A stretch of 63,842 nucleotides of DNA, counting the filler, from Octopus bimaculoides (taxonomy: Eukaryota): assembly GCF_001194135.2 (NCBI RefSeq). It is 4 parts of 4 records of this genome, joined end to end, with 100 filler letters (N's around TTAATTAATTAA, not from the genome) between each part and the next. Parts side by side here need not be neighbours in the genome. Positions count along the whole stretch, not along the records: positions 23,945 to 47,643 come from NC_068985.1; positions 47,744 to 61,940 come from NC_068983.1; 2 more parts are not named here. The stretch is one strand, 5' to 3'. Made by a program: the position numbers and the translations under genes. This document shows, piece by piece, positions 37,971-49,190 of the stretch (within the stretch, counting starts at the first letter, position 1; every line of letters begins with the position of its first letter). Below the pieces are notes generated by a model that saw only the letters and a program-made list of their open reading frames with translations, was not told the DNA's origin and searched no databases.

Positions 37971-38567
37971 GTCCTTGATCAGGACGCTTCTGATTTTGGT
38001 CTTGGCATGCAGACGCGAGAGATTGAACAGTTTCCCGTCACTTCTACTGTGCAGAAACACTCCATCATCTGATGTCTCAAAAGCATGTGACAGCAGCATC
38101 GAGAAGAAGATGCCAAATAATGTAGAAGCAAGGACACAGCCTTGCTTTACCCCTTTCTTTATTTAGAAGGCGGCTGGTGTTGAACCATTGTGCTGTAAGG
38201 TGCCTTGCATATCATCATGGAAAGATTTGATGATTCTTAGCAGCTTTGGTGGACATCCGATTTTTTGAAGCAGGATGAATAGGCCTTTTCTACTTACCAA
38301 GTCAAAGGCCTTTGTCAGATCAATGAAGGCCATTTATAATGGCATTTTCTGCTCTCTGGACTTCTCCTGAAGTTGGCGTATGGAGAATATCATGTCAATA
38401 GTTGATCTGCTTCTAAAGCCACACTGCGATTCTGGATAAATTCGAGAAGCAAGCAGTTGTAGCCTGGACAGGATAACGCGAGCAAAGGTCTTTCCAACAG
38501 TGCTGAGAAGAGATACTCCACGGTAATTGTTACAATCACCACGATCACCTTTGTTTTTGTAAAGTGT
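37971..38567 (-). mobile_element. RTE (BovB-like) LINE reverse transcriptase fragment
   Basis: TLYKNKGDRGDCNNYRGVSLLS...PESQCGFR...IDMIFSIRQLQEKSREQ...AFIDLTKAFDLV...GVKQGCVLASTLFGIF; a few in-frame stops. Confidence 0.92.
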
Positions 38568-38610
38568 ACTTAGCACTCTACTGTATGGCAGTGAGACCTG
38601 GACGCCATAC
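38564..38610 (+). mobile_element. Downstream RTE RT piece in the opposite orientation
   Basis: Translates VLSTLLYGSETWTPY, a conserved RTE motif that lies after the RT core. Confidence 0.8.
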
Positions 38611-39334
38611 NNNNNNNNNNNNNNNNNNNNNNNNNNNNNNNNNNNNNNNNNNNNNNNNNNNNNNNNNNNNNNNNNNNNNNNNNNNNNNNNNNNNNNNNNN
38701 NNNNNNNNNNNNNNNNNNNNNNNNNNNNNNNNNNNNNNNNNNNNNNNNNNNNNNNNNNNNNNNNNNNNNNNNNNNNNNNNNNNNNNNNNNNNNNNNNNNN
38801 NNNNNNNNNNNNNNNNNNNNNNNNNNNNNNNNNNNNNNNNNNNNNNNNNNNNNNNNNNNNNNNNNNNNNNNNNNNNNNNNNNNNNNNNNNNNNNNNNNNN
38901 NNNNNNNNNNNNNNNNNNNNNNNNNNNNNNNNNNNNNNNNNNNNNNNNNNNNNNNNNNNNNNNNNNNNNNNNNNNNNNNNNNNNNNNNNNNNNNNNNNNN
39001 NNNNNNNNNNNNNNNNNNNNNNNNNNNNNNNNNNNNNNNNNNNNNNNNNNNNNNNNNNNNNNNNNNNNNNNNNNNNNNNNNNNNNNNNNNNNNNNNNNNN
39101 NNNNNNNNNNNNNNNNNNNNNNNNNNNNNNNNNNNNNNNNNNNNNNNNNNNNNNNNNNNNNNNNNNNNNNNNNNNNNNNNNNNNNNNNNNNNNNNNNNNN
39201 NNNNNNNNNNNNNNNNNNNNNNNNNNNNNNNNNNNNNNNNNNNNNNNNNNNNNNNNNNNNNNNNNNNNNNNNNNNNNNNNNNNNNNNNNNNNNNNNNNNN
39301 NNNNNNNNNNNNNNNNNNNNNNNNNNNNNNNNNN

Positions 39335-39620
39335 NGTACTTATTCTATTGGTCCTCGTTACCGAACTGTTAAGTACGAGGACATAAACACACCAACATCG
39401 GTTGTCAAGTGATGGTAAGGGGACAAACACAAACACACACACACACATACACACACACACACACACACACATACACACACACACACACACGCGCGCATAC
39501 ACGCACACAAACATATACGACGGACTTCTTTCAGTTTCCGCCTACCAAATCCACTCTCAAGCTTCTGGTCAGTCCGAGGCTATAGTAGAAGACAGTTGCC
39601 CAAGTTACCACACAGCCGCG
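39335..39620 (-). mobile_element. SINE group C (partial)
   Basis: Same central microsatellite and CGACGG-CTTCTTTCAGTTTCC block as the other group C copies. Confidence 0.85.
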
Positions 39621-41073
39621 TACGTGTGTGAGTGTGGGCATGTGTGCGCGTGTGCATGTGTTTGTGTGCATGTGTGCGCATGTGTGTGTATACGTGTACT
39701 GATTTGTGTTGGGTATTTTTTCCATATATATATGATCGAACGCACGCGTTATCCCTGCAAGTAAGTTTTGAACTTTATGTTTTCTGACGCGACTCTATCT
39801 ATCTTTGAATCTTTTCCCCCTCTCTCGTCTTCCTTCTGTTACTACTATATCTCTCTTTTCCTCCCTGTCTCTCGTTGCTCACCTATTTTCTACTTCCTCC
39901 CCTTTTTTCTCCCTTTACCACTCTTTCTCCTTACCCCTCGCTGGTCACATGCGTCCAGCCCTACTTCCTTTCTTACCTTGGCTATCGTCAAGCACGCACA
40001 CGAACATTCTTCGTCCCGCTTCCTTCCAGTTCGTTGCTTCACAGTGTTCAGTATACACATATTTTTTCACGTCTGGCCGTAGAGCCTTTTTTGTTTATTT
40101 TCACTGTTTCTGTTTCCATTGCCCTGATCTTGTTCTTNNNNNNNNNNNNNNNNNNNNNNNNNNNNNNNNNNNNNNNNNNNNNNNNNNNNNNNNNNNNNNN
40201 NNNNNNNNNNNNNNNNNNNNNNNNNNNNNNNNNNNNNNNNNNNNNNNNNNNNNNNNNNNNNNNNNNNNNNNNNNNNNNNNNNNNNNNNNNNNNNNNNNNN
40301 NNNNNNNNNNNNNNNNNNNNNNNNNNNNNNNNNNNNNNNNNNNNNNNNNNNNNNNNNNNNNNNNNNNNNNNNNNNNNNNNNNNNNNNNNNNNNNNNNNNN
40401 NNNNNNNNNNNNNNNNNNNNNNNNNNNNNNNNNNNNNNNNNNNNNNNNNNNNNNNNNNNNNNNNNNNNNNNNNNNNNNNNNNNNNNNNNNNNNNNNNNNN
40501 NNNNNNNNNNNNNNNNNNNNNNNNNNNNNNNNNNNNNNNNNNNNNNNNNNNNNNNNNNNNNNNNNNNNNNNNNNNNNNNNNNNNNNNNNNNNNNNNNNNN
40601 NNNNNNNNNNNNNNNNNNNNNNNNNNNNNNNNNNNNNNNNNNNNNNNNNNNNNNNNNNNNNNNNNNNNNNNNNNNNNNNNNNNNNNNNNNNNNNNNNNNN
40701 NNNNNNNNNNNNNNNNNNNNNNNNNNNNNNNNNNNNNNNNNNNNNNNNNNNNNNNNNNNNNNNNNNNNNNNNNNNNNNNNNNNNNNNNNNNNNNNNNNNN
40801 NNNNNNNNNNNNNNNNNNNNNNNNNNNNNNNNNNNNNNNNNNNNNNNNNNNNNNNNNNNNNNNNNNNNNNNNNNNNNNNNNNNNNNNNNNNNNNNNNNNN
40901 NNNNNNNNNNNNNNNNNNNNNNNNNNNNNNNNNNNNNNNNNNNNNNNNNNNNNNNNNNNNNNNNNNNNNNNTATATATATATATATATAATATACAAAAG
41001 AAGGACAACAAAACATCCAGATAGACGATACAAGGAAAACAAGGACGGATCATTTGGAGTTTTCTATCTTCAG

Positions 41074-41150
41074 TCGAGTTCCAGATTATCTTTTCAATTT
41101 CGACTGGTTATACTCGAGATTGCTCAAATCTGGCCAGACCCAAGGAAAAA
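41074..41150 (+). CDS. Candidate 77-nt exon (reading frame undetermined)
   Basis: Acceptor TTTTCTATCTTCAG and donor GTAAGC. All three frames are open (RVPDYLFNFDWLYSRLLKSGQTQGK / EFQIIFSISTGYTRDCSNLARPKEK / SSSRLSFQFRLVILEIAQIWPDPRK). Confidence 0.35.
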
Positions 41151-41223
41151 GTAAGCTAAGAGCATTACATTCTTTGGAATGCATAGAAACACACACACAC
41201 ACTGGCGCGCGCATGTGTGTGAA

Positions 41224-41254
<31 letters not shown>

Positions 41255-41402
41255 GTGTGTGTGTATGTATATATATATGTAAAATTAAAATAAAAGCTGG
41301 GACTTTTGAAAATAGCCCCAATGTAATCGGTAGAACTGTACACATGTAATTTTATGTGGACAACTTGTGTATTGTTCTGCAAATTATATTGAATTAGAAC
41401 GG

Positions 41403-41469
41403 TCGTACTGATGAGCCTCGGATGTGTTACGTAAGTAAATTTTTCGTTAATGGCGAAACCGGTCTACGA
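41403..41469 (+). ncRNA. Minimal type I hammerhead ribozyme, core intact
   Basis: TCGTA(stem I)-CTGATGA-GCC...34 nt...GGC(stem II)-GAAA-CCGG-TC-TACGA(stem I'). GUC cleavage triplet; palindromic ACCGGT at stem III. Confidence 0.8.
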
Positions 41470-42275
41470 TTAATTGTTTATTTTGTATATTTTCATTTGT
41501 CTTGCCCATTCATGTTCTGGTGTGTGCTGAATTTCCCTACAGAACATTCTTTTCTTTTGTGGTTTGACCGTTGGATGGTCTATTTCTACCATAATAGATG
41601 TCCACTTAGTGGTCAACCATTCTCATATATANNNNNNNNNNNNNNNNNNNNNNNNNNNNNNNNNNNNNNNNNNNNNNNNNNNNNNNNNNNNNNNNNNNNN
41701 NNNNNNNNNNNNNNNNNNNNNNNNNNNNNNNNNNNNNNNNNNNNNNNNNNNNNNNNNNNNNNNNNNNNNNNNNNNNNNNNNNNNNNNNNNNNNNNNNNNN
41801 NNNNNNNNNNNNNNNNNNNNNNNNNNNNNNNNNNNNNNNNNNNNNNNNNNNNNNNNNNNNNNNNNNNNNNNNNNNNNNNNNNNNNNNNNNNNNNNNNNNN
41901 NNNNNNNNNNNNNNNNNNNNNNNNNNNNNNNNNNNNNNNNNNNNNNNNNNNNNNNNNNNNNNNNNNNNNNNNNNNNNNNNNNNNNNNNNNNNNNNNNNNN
42001 NNNNNNNNNNNNNNNNNNNNNNNNNNNNNNNNNNNNNNNNNNNNNNNNNNNNNNNNNNNNNNNNNNNNNNNNNNNNNNNNNNNNNNNNNNNNNNNNNNNN
42101 NNNNNNNNNNNNNNNNNNNNNNNNNNNNNNNNNNNNNNNNNNNNNNNNNNNTGTGTGTATTTATTTTGTGTTGGATATTTTCTCTGTGTGATTGAAAAAG
42201 TACTTCTGCGGATGTGTGCGCGTGCATGCGCCATGCATAGTCACGTCCATGTATGCATGTATGTGTATGTGTGTG

Positions 42276-42323
<48 letters not shown>

Positions 42324-42642
42324 GTTCACTGTACTTTTGTAGTTTTGTTTACGAATGTGATCTCATTTATATTGATGTGAGTGCATGTGTGTGTTTGTGA
42401 GTGTGTGCGTGTCTATGAATGCATGTGTTTTTGTGTATATATGTATGTGTGTGCGTGTGTGTGCGTGTGTGTATTTGTGTGTGTGTGTGCGTGTGTGCGT
42501 GTGTGTGTGCGAATTTCTTTACTTGCACTTTGGTGTGATTCCCGGCTGTCATTTTTATGGATAGGAACCCTAGGTAAGGGTTTTTGTATTCTGATCTCTG
42601 CATCTGTTTGTATGATTGGGAAGACGAGCTAAAGAGAGAGGA

Positions 42643-42674
<32 letters not shown>

Positions 42675-42891
42675 AAAGAAGGAGAACGAAAGTGAAAGAA
42701 AGAGAAGGAGAGAGAGATAGAGGGGAAAGAGAGAGAGAGAGAGAAAGTTAAGCAGAAAAATGAGAAGGGCGGTTCGTTGAATAGATATTCATATTGTTTT
42801 TGAATACATGATTTGTGTACATATTGGTTGTATGCGTATCTGCATGAGTGTATCTGGATATGAGTGTATCTGTAGGCGAGAGAAAGAGAGC

Positions 42892-42937
<46 letters not shown>

Positions 42938-43430
42938 GAGAGAGCGAGAGCGAGAGAGAGAGTGAGAGAGAGAAAATAAGAGAAAAGCGAAAAAACTGTG
43001 CAGACATCTAAAGCTACTTGTATAAATGATNNNNNNNNNNNNNNNNNNNNNNNNNNNNNNNNNNNNNNNNNNNNNNNNNNNNNNNNNNNNNNNNNNNNNN
43101 NNNNNNNNNNNNNNNNNNNNNNNNNNNNNNNNNNNNNNNNNNNNNNNNNNNNNNNNNNNNNNNNNNNNNNNNNNNNNNNNNNNNNNNNNNNNNNNNNNNN
43201 NNNNNNNNNNNNNNNNNNNNNNNNNNNNNNNNNNNNNNNNNNNNNNNNNNNNNNNNNNNNNNNNNNNNNNNNNNNNNNNNNNNNNNNNNNNNNNNNNNNN
43301 NNNNNNNNNNNNNNNNNNNNNNNNNNNNNNNNNNNNNNNNNNNNNNNNNNNNNNNNNNNNNNNNNNNNNNNNNNNNNNNNNNNNNNNNNNNNNNNNNNNN
43401 NNNNNNNNNNNNNNNNNNNNNNNNNNNNNN

Positions 43431-44450
43431 NAGAAGAACTCCATGCTGACGACTAGGTCTTTTCTCTTGAATAGCCGTGTTGAGTCGTTCCATCTGTTGA
43501 ACATAGAGTTCCGCGTTGACCGTTTGGTTCCGTTCAAGCAATTCGTAAAGGATAATCCCTTCCCTCCCCCACCATACGCACAACATCGTTTTACGCGGAT
43601 AAAGATCTTGTTTCACGCGCAGTATCACTTGGTTATCGGGGCTAAGGCATTCCTTGCGCTGCTTCATATTGATGTACAGGCACCATTTTTCGTCGCCAGT
43701 AACGATTCCGTAAAGAAATCGTTGCTTGTGTCCATGAGTTAAGCGGTGATGAGCAAGCAAACCAGTGGAGATTGTGGCTCGTTGATTTCTGTTGTTGTCA
43801 CTTAAAGCATGCGGAACCCATGCTCCATACTTCTGAACCTTTCCCATTGAGTGAAGATGCTTCTCTATAGCAGTGTGGGAGCATTCCATTTTCTCTGCTA
43901 GTTCCNNNNNNNNNNACCCATGCTCCATACTTCTGAACCTTTCCCATTGAGTGAAGATGCTTCTCTATAGCAGTGTGGGAGCATTCCATTTTCTCTGCTA
44001 GTTCCCTTGTCGTTTGACGAGAATTTTCGTGAAAAAGTTTGATTAATCACTCTTCATCGAACTTAACTGGACGGCCAGACTGAGGTGCGTTTTTGAGGTC
44101 AAAATTTCCATTTTTGAACTTGGCATACCAATCACGAGCAATTCTTTTAGCTATGGCACCCTCTCCATGCACAGCACAAATGTTGTGAGCAGCTTTTGCG
44201 GCTTTAGAACCTTGATTAAAAGTAAAAAGAAAGTGTCGAAAATGCTCGTTTTGCTTAACTTGACTTTCCTTTTTAATGATCTGAAAATAAACAAAAATAA
44301 ACTAAAATTAACTAGAAAAAAAGACAACAAAAACATAATAAATTCCAAAATGATTCAAAAATAGAATTCTCGAAAAAATAGATTCCAAAATCTAAAAACA
44401 CAATAAATTCCAAAATTAAAAACGGCGGGAACTTAGTTGCCAACTCAATA
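43431..44450 (-). mobile_element. Mariner (DD34D-type) transposon relic
   Basis: AWVPHAL, IVTGDEKW and LCVWW...LYELL motifs; 5' TIR TTGAGTTGGCAACTAAGT next to TA. The N-terminus is frameshifted and the 3' part lies in a gap. Confidence 0.92.
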
Positions 44451-44456
44451 TACACA

Positions 44457-44891
44457 TGGTAAGAAGCTTGCTTCCCAACCACATGGTTCCGGGTTCAGTC
44501 TCGTTGCGTGGCAACATGGGCAAGTGTCTTCTACTATAGCCTCAGGCCGACCAAAACCTTGTGATGGGATCTGGTAGACGGAAACTGAAAGCCCGTCGTA
44601 TGCATATATATACATATGTGTGTGTGTTATGTGTGTGTGTGTGTGTGTTTGTGTGTGCGTGTGTGCGTGTGTGTGTGTGTGTGTGTGTGCTTGTGCACCT
44701 GTTTGTCCGCCCAACATCGCTTGACAACCGATATTGGTATGTTTACGTCCCTGTAAAATAGCGGCTCGGCAAAAGAGACCGATATAATAAGTACTAGATT
44801 TACAAAAAATAAGTTCTGGGTTCAATTTGTTCGACTAAAGGCGGTGCTCCAGGATGCCGGCAGTCAAATGACTGAAACAGGGAAAAGAATA
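44457..44891 (+). mobile_element. SINE group C
   Basis: Head, internal (TG)n and tail are all present. Confidence 0.9.
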
Positions 44892-44904
44892 TATGTGTAT
44901 ATAT

Positions 44905-45120
44905 GAGGCGACCTGACAGAATCTTTACCGAATCAGACAAAATTCTCAGCAGTATTTCGGCATCTTTATATTCTTAGATCAAATTCCACCGCGGTCGACT
45001 TTGCCTTTCATCCCATGTTGTGGGTCAATAAAATAAGTACCAGTTGAGCAGTGAGGTCGATGTAATCGTCTTACCTCCAGCCATAAAATTTCTGGCTTTG
45101 TGCCAAAATTTGAAACCAAA
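44905..45120 (+). mobile_element. SINE group B (deleted head)
   Basis: GAGGCGACCTGACAGAATC...GGTCGACTTTGCCTTTCATCC...AAATTTGAAACC. Confidence 0.8.
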
Positions 45121-45849
45121 TTATATATGCAAACGCTGGAAGCTGTGTTTAAAAATTCGATTTGCAATCACGAACTCCTGGGCTCGATTTTCCATGGCTC
45201 GTGTCACCTTAAACCCACAGAAAGACTGTACCTATAGTCAGGGCCGGATCAAGACCCATAAATCAAGACCCTAAACACTTAACAGATTTTGGTGCCCCCT
45301 TTTGTATGTAATTCAAAATATAAACAGTAAACCAGAAAAAACTTTTATTTTTCAAAATGAAACGAAACTAACAGGAAGGCAGAAAATAATATTTATGTTT
45401 GTATACTTCACTTTATTTATATTTGAAAAGTTTTCTTCTTTTAGTAGCAAAATCTTTGATGAGATCCTCACTATGACATCATGAACACTTCGAAATTATA
45501 TTGTGGACATTATAAAGTGGACATCTTCTGTGGTCCGCAAACCCTGCATACCTTACACAACGCCAGTGGTCTCAAGATTATCTGGCTTCTGTTCCTGTTA
45601 GGAAGATATGGATGGGAACGTCAATACATGGCCGTCATTTCTAATGAATTGGAATAAAGCCAAAATTCTTATAGTGTAAGTGTCTATATAATTAATTGAA
45701 ACATTCTTGATACACTCAATGTGCACGTATTTTGTCGTCCTGTAAAGCATAAAAGACAAACGATGGATTTAGTACGATGTGAAAGCAGAATAAAACAATA
45801 CTAGAATATATGCTATTAGCTATTCACTATAACGTTTTAAGTCCACCTA

Positions 45850-46235
45850 AGGCGGCGAGCTGGCAGAATCGTTAGCACGCCGGCTGAATTGCGAAGTGAT
45901 ATTCCGTCTGCCGCTACGTTCTGAGTTCAAATTCCTCCGAGGTCGACTTTACCATTCATCCTTTTGCAGTCGATAAAATAAGTACCAGTTGCATATTGGG
46001 GCCAATGTAATCGACTTAACCCCTGTCCAGAAATTGCTGGCCTTCTGCCAAAATTTGAAATCAATATTAAGTCCGCTGATTCCGACATTACGCTCTAAGT
46101 TCAAATTCCACCGGGGTCTGCTTTGCCTTTCATCCTTTCGGGGTCGCTAAAACAAGTACCAGTTGAACACTGGGTTTGATTATAATCGACTTACTCCTCC
46201 GAAATTGCTGGCCTTGTGACAAAATTTGAAATCAG
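45850..46235 (+). mobile_element. SINE group B full copy plus a tandem truncated copy
   Basis: AAGGCGGCGAGCTGGCAGAATCGTTAGC head; the second unit starts near the B box. Confidence 0.88.
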
Positions 46236-46383
46236 ATCTACGTCCACGGTTATCCATTACATTATTTCACAGTTCAGAGGATGGTAATGATTGGCTATTT
46301 AAATTAATGACATTTCTGAACTGGATGTTACTTAGAGGAACTCAAAGAAATGAAAGATAAAGACGATTCATGCAAAATACTCC

Positions 46384-46441
<58 letters not shown>

Positions 46442-46858
46442 TTCAAATTTATAGAAAGTAAAAGACAATGACAGGTGAGTGAAGAACAAGATCAGGAAGA
46501 ATGAAAAAGCCCTTGAGGTTTCGAGAAAGGGTTAAGAGGGAAAAAATATGTGTGCGTGTGTATGTACTCAGTATGTTTATCTTTATAGCTTAGAGTAAAA
46601 CTGCTTCTAATAGATGAATAGTGCGATTTAAATCGTATGTCATACAACCAATGTTTAGAACGCGCTATACATTCTTATACAACGAAAAACAAAGCATTGA
46701 AGAAAAAATGCGTATTGTATTCAAAGTTTTCTACAGCTGTACTGTATACTTACAATGCTCACAGAATCCTCAAAGAAAGAAAAATGCAAATCCTAGAGAG
46801 TTGGCTCTGAAATTATTTAATTACGCGTATGTAATTAATTTCAGATCCAAATTTTCAG

Positions 46859-46921
<63 letters not shown>

Positions 46922-46946
46922 GTCTATCTATCTGTCTGTTTGTCTG

Positions 46947-46991
<45 letters not shown>

Positions 46992-47643
46992 TTATCTATC
47001 TATCTATTTGTGTATATTATATGTGTGTGTGTGTGTGTGTGTTCAAGAACACACAGTTACACATGTGTGCACATGTGTGCACATGTGTGCGTGTTTATAG
47101 GCAGATGTTATAATATCTTTTCACAAAAACCAACGTAAACTGACACATGTTTTTCGAATCTTAACAAGGAAAGAGGAAGATGTGGCGACTGAGATTCGTC
47201 AAGATATTAGCAAAGGACAAGAACCAAATCTGGATACAAAGTACGAGCAGAATGGCAGACATTGTTTAAAAAAAGAAGTTACATGTGTCACACATTCCAC
47301 AGAAAGGAAGATAAACATCAGGCTTAGGTGACGGGATGACGTAAGATGGAAGAACCACTTAAATTAAATTATATTGAAATCCTTCAACCAAAGTATTACG
47401 GAAACAAATAAGGAAAATATATAGAATAAATTAACGTTATGTTGCTGATTAAAATTTAATGATTTAGTTAAATTTTTTTCTGCATCTTTTACGCACACAC
47501 ATACACATACATGGAAACACACATAAACGCAAAACACACACACACACACTGGCACATACATGCACACACACCACATACACAAACATTTATCTCCATGTGT
47601 TGTGTGTCTGCGTATAAATATATGTATATGCATATATATATAT

Positions 47644-47743
47644 NNNNNNNNNNNNNNNNNNNNNNNNNNNNNNNNNNNNNNNNNNNNTTAATTAATTAAN
47701 NNNNNNNNNNNNNNNNNNNNNNNNNNNNNNNNNNNNNNNNNNN
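47644..47743. other. Artificial scaffold linker N44-TTAATTAATTAA-N44
   Basis: Identical 100-bp format to the other two linkers. Confidence 0.95.
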
Positions 47744-48607
47744 AACAGTTAGTGATGGAAGAGCCCCTACCTCCTCCTTCGGAGGGAGAGATGGAGGCAG
47801 TGAAGCCCCCCCCCCCAAAAAAAAAGGGGGAAAGAAAGAAGGTGGGCAACCATTGTTGCTCACCGAAGGACCCCATGGTTGCGGGAACGAGGGAAGATCC
47901 TCCGGTTAAAGCAGAGGAACTACACCCTCCCGTAGCAAAGGGAAGAAAAAGAAGAAAAACGGGACAGTGCCAGTGGTTAATACACTGCCGGCATGTTCCG
48001 AAGCCCTGTCGGTGGCACAATTCCCACCGACGGTGGAAGTTGTAGCCTCGACCTAATGGAGGAACCATATTTGGCTTTCTCTAGAAGGTGAGAGGCGATG
48101 GAAAAGCTTTTTAAAAAGCTTGCCAGAGGAGGAGACATAACCTGCAATGGACTCCTTCCCTGTGGATGTATTCCACTTCCGATCGGGGTACCCTGATCTA
48201 GCACTATCGGAGTACCTGAGTGACACTTCGGGCCGGGTCGGGTGCCGGTGGGGCGGAAAATTGTAAGAGAATGAGTGCCTCATATTGAAAAGGCATGTGG
48301 CCCATGAGAAAAACTGTAAGAGGCCAAGTGCCTCATTTCAAGGACATGGTGTCATTTGTGGTAAGAGGATTAGTGCCTCATTGTAAGGACCTTGAGTCCA
48401 AAAGAAATATTGGTAAGAGGTTTATTGTCTCAAATTGTAAGTTCATAAAAGAACAATGTTTTAGAGAAGCAAAGATCTGCAGGTGTCTTCTGCCTTCCCT
48501 CATTAATATCACCCTGTTCATTATTCATCTCATCTCATTAATGTCCTTGTCCAGCCCGCAGCTACTCCATCTGTGTACGGCTTTCATAGCCAATAAAATG
48601 AAATAAA
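47744..48607 (+). mobile_element. Non-LTR retroelement fragment (possibly Tx1/L1-like): Pro/Lys-rich ORF remnant plus 3' UTR with AATAAA
   Basis: GC-rich EEPLPPPSEGEMEAVKPPPPKKKG segment and a structured 3' region, ending CCAATAAAATGAAATAAA directly before a headless SINE. The clade assignment is inference. Confidence 0.45.
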
Positions 48608-48978
48608 GTAGCTTGCTTACCAACCACATGGTTCCGGGTTCAGTCCCACTGCGTGGCACCTTGGGCAAGTGTCTTCTACTATAGCCTCGAACCGACCAAA
48701 GCCTTGTGAGTGGATTTGGTAGACGGAAACTGAAAGAAACCCATCGTATATATGTATGTGTGTGTATATGTTTGTGTGTCTGTGCTTGTCCCTCCAACAT
48801 CGCTTGACAACCGATGCTGGTGTGTTTACGTCCCCCTAATCTTGCGTTTCGGCAAAAGATACCGATATAATAAGTACTAGGCTTACAAAGAATAAGTTCT
48901 GGGGTCGATTTGCTCGACTAAACGCGGTGCTCCAGCATGGCTGCAATCAAATGACTGAAACAAGTAAAAGAATAAAAG
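48608..48978 (+). mobile_element. SINE group C lacking its first ~20 nt
   Basis: Starts GTAGCTTGCTTACC and has a complete tail GAAACAAGTAAAAGAATAAAAG. Confidence 0.92.
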
Positions 48979-49036
48979 ATTATGTGAATGAACAAATATT
49001 CTAATGATTCTACTGACACAACATCCTTGTAATCAA

Positions 49037-49190
49037 TCTAATATTGATTTCTAGTATGATTCCGCCGAGGTCGACTTTGATTTTCATCCTTTTAGGATCG
49101 ATAAAATAAATACCAGATGAGCACTAGGGTCAATGTAATCGTCTTAACCTCTCTTGCGAACATGCTGGCCTTGTGCTAAACTTTGAAAGC
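49037..49190 (+). mobile_element. 5'-truncated SINE group B with 16-bp TSD
   Basis: AATATTGATTTCTAGT on both sides; the copy begins at ATTCCGCCGAGG. Confidence 0.85.

Noticed and set aside
41060-41110. Minus-strand GAAA...ATC...CTGAAGA arrangement (type II hammerhead?)
   Set aside because: Stems I and II do not pair.
43816-44005. Direct repeat of about 90 bp on both sides of an ~11-N gap in the mariner
   Set aside because: An identical overlap across a tiny gap indicates an unmerged contig overlap, not a biological duplication.
45239-45546. CAGGGCCGGAT start resembling a hAT-type MITE terminus
   Set aside because: No convincing matching right TIR or 8-bp TSD was found.
47970-48020. Twister-ribozyme-like string TAATACACTGCC...TTCCGAAGCCC...CGGTG
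   Set aside because: The P4 stem is mismatched, the purine run needed for the pseudoknots is absent, and it lies within an ORF remnant.
48263-48454. CRISPR-like repeat-spacer appearance
   Set aside because: Eukaryotic retroelement context, degenerate repeats, spacers homologous to one another and no cas genes. It is reported as an RNA-structure array instead.
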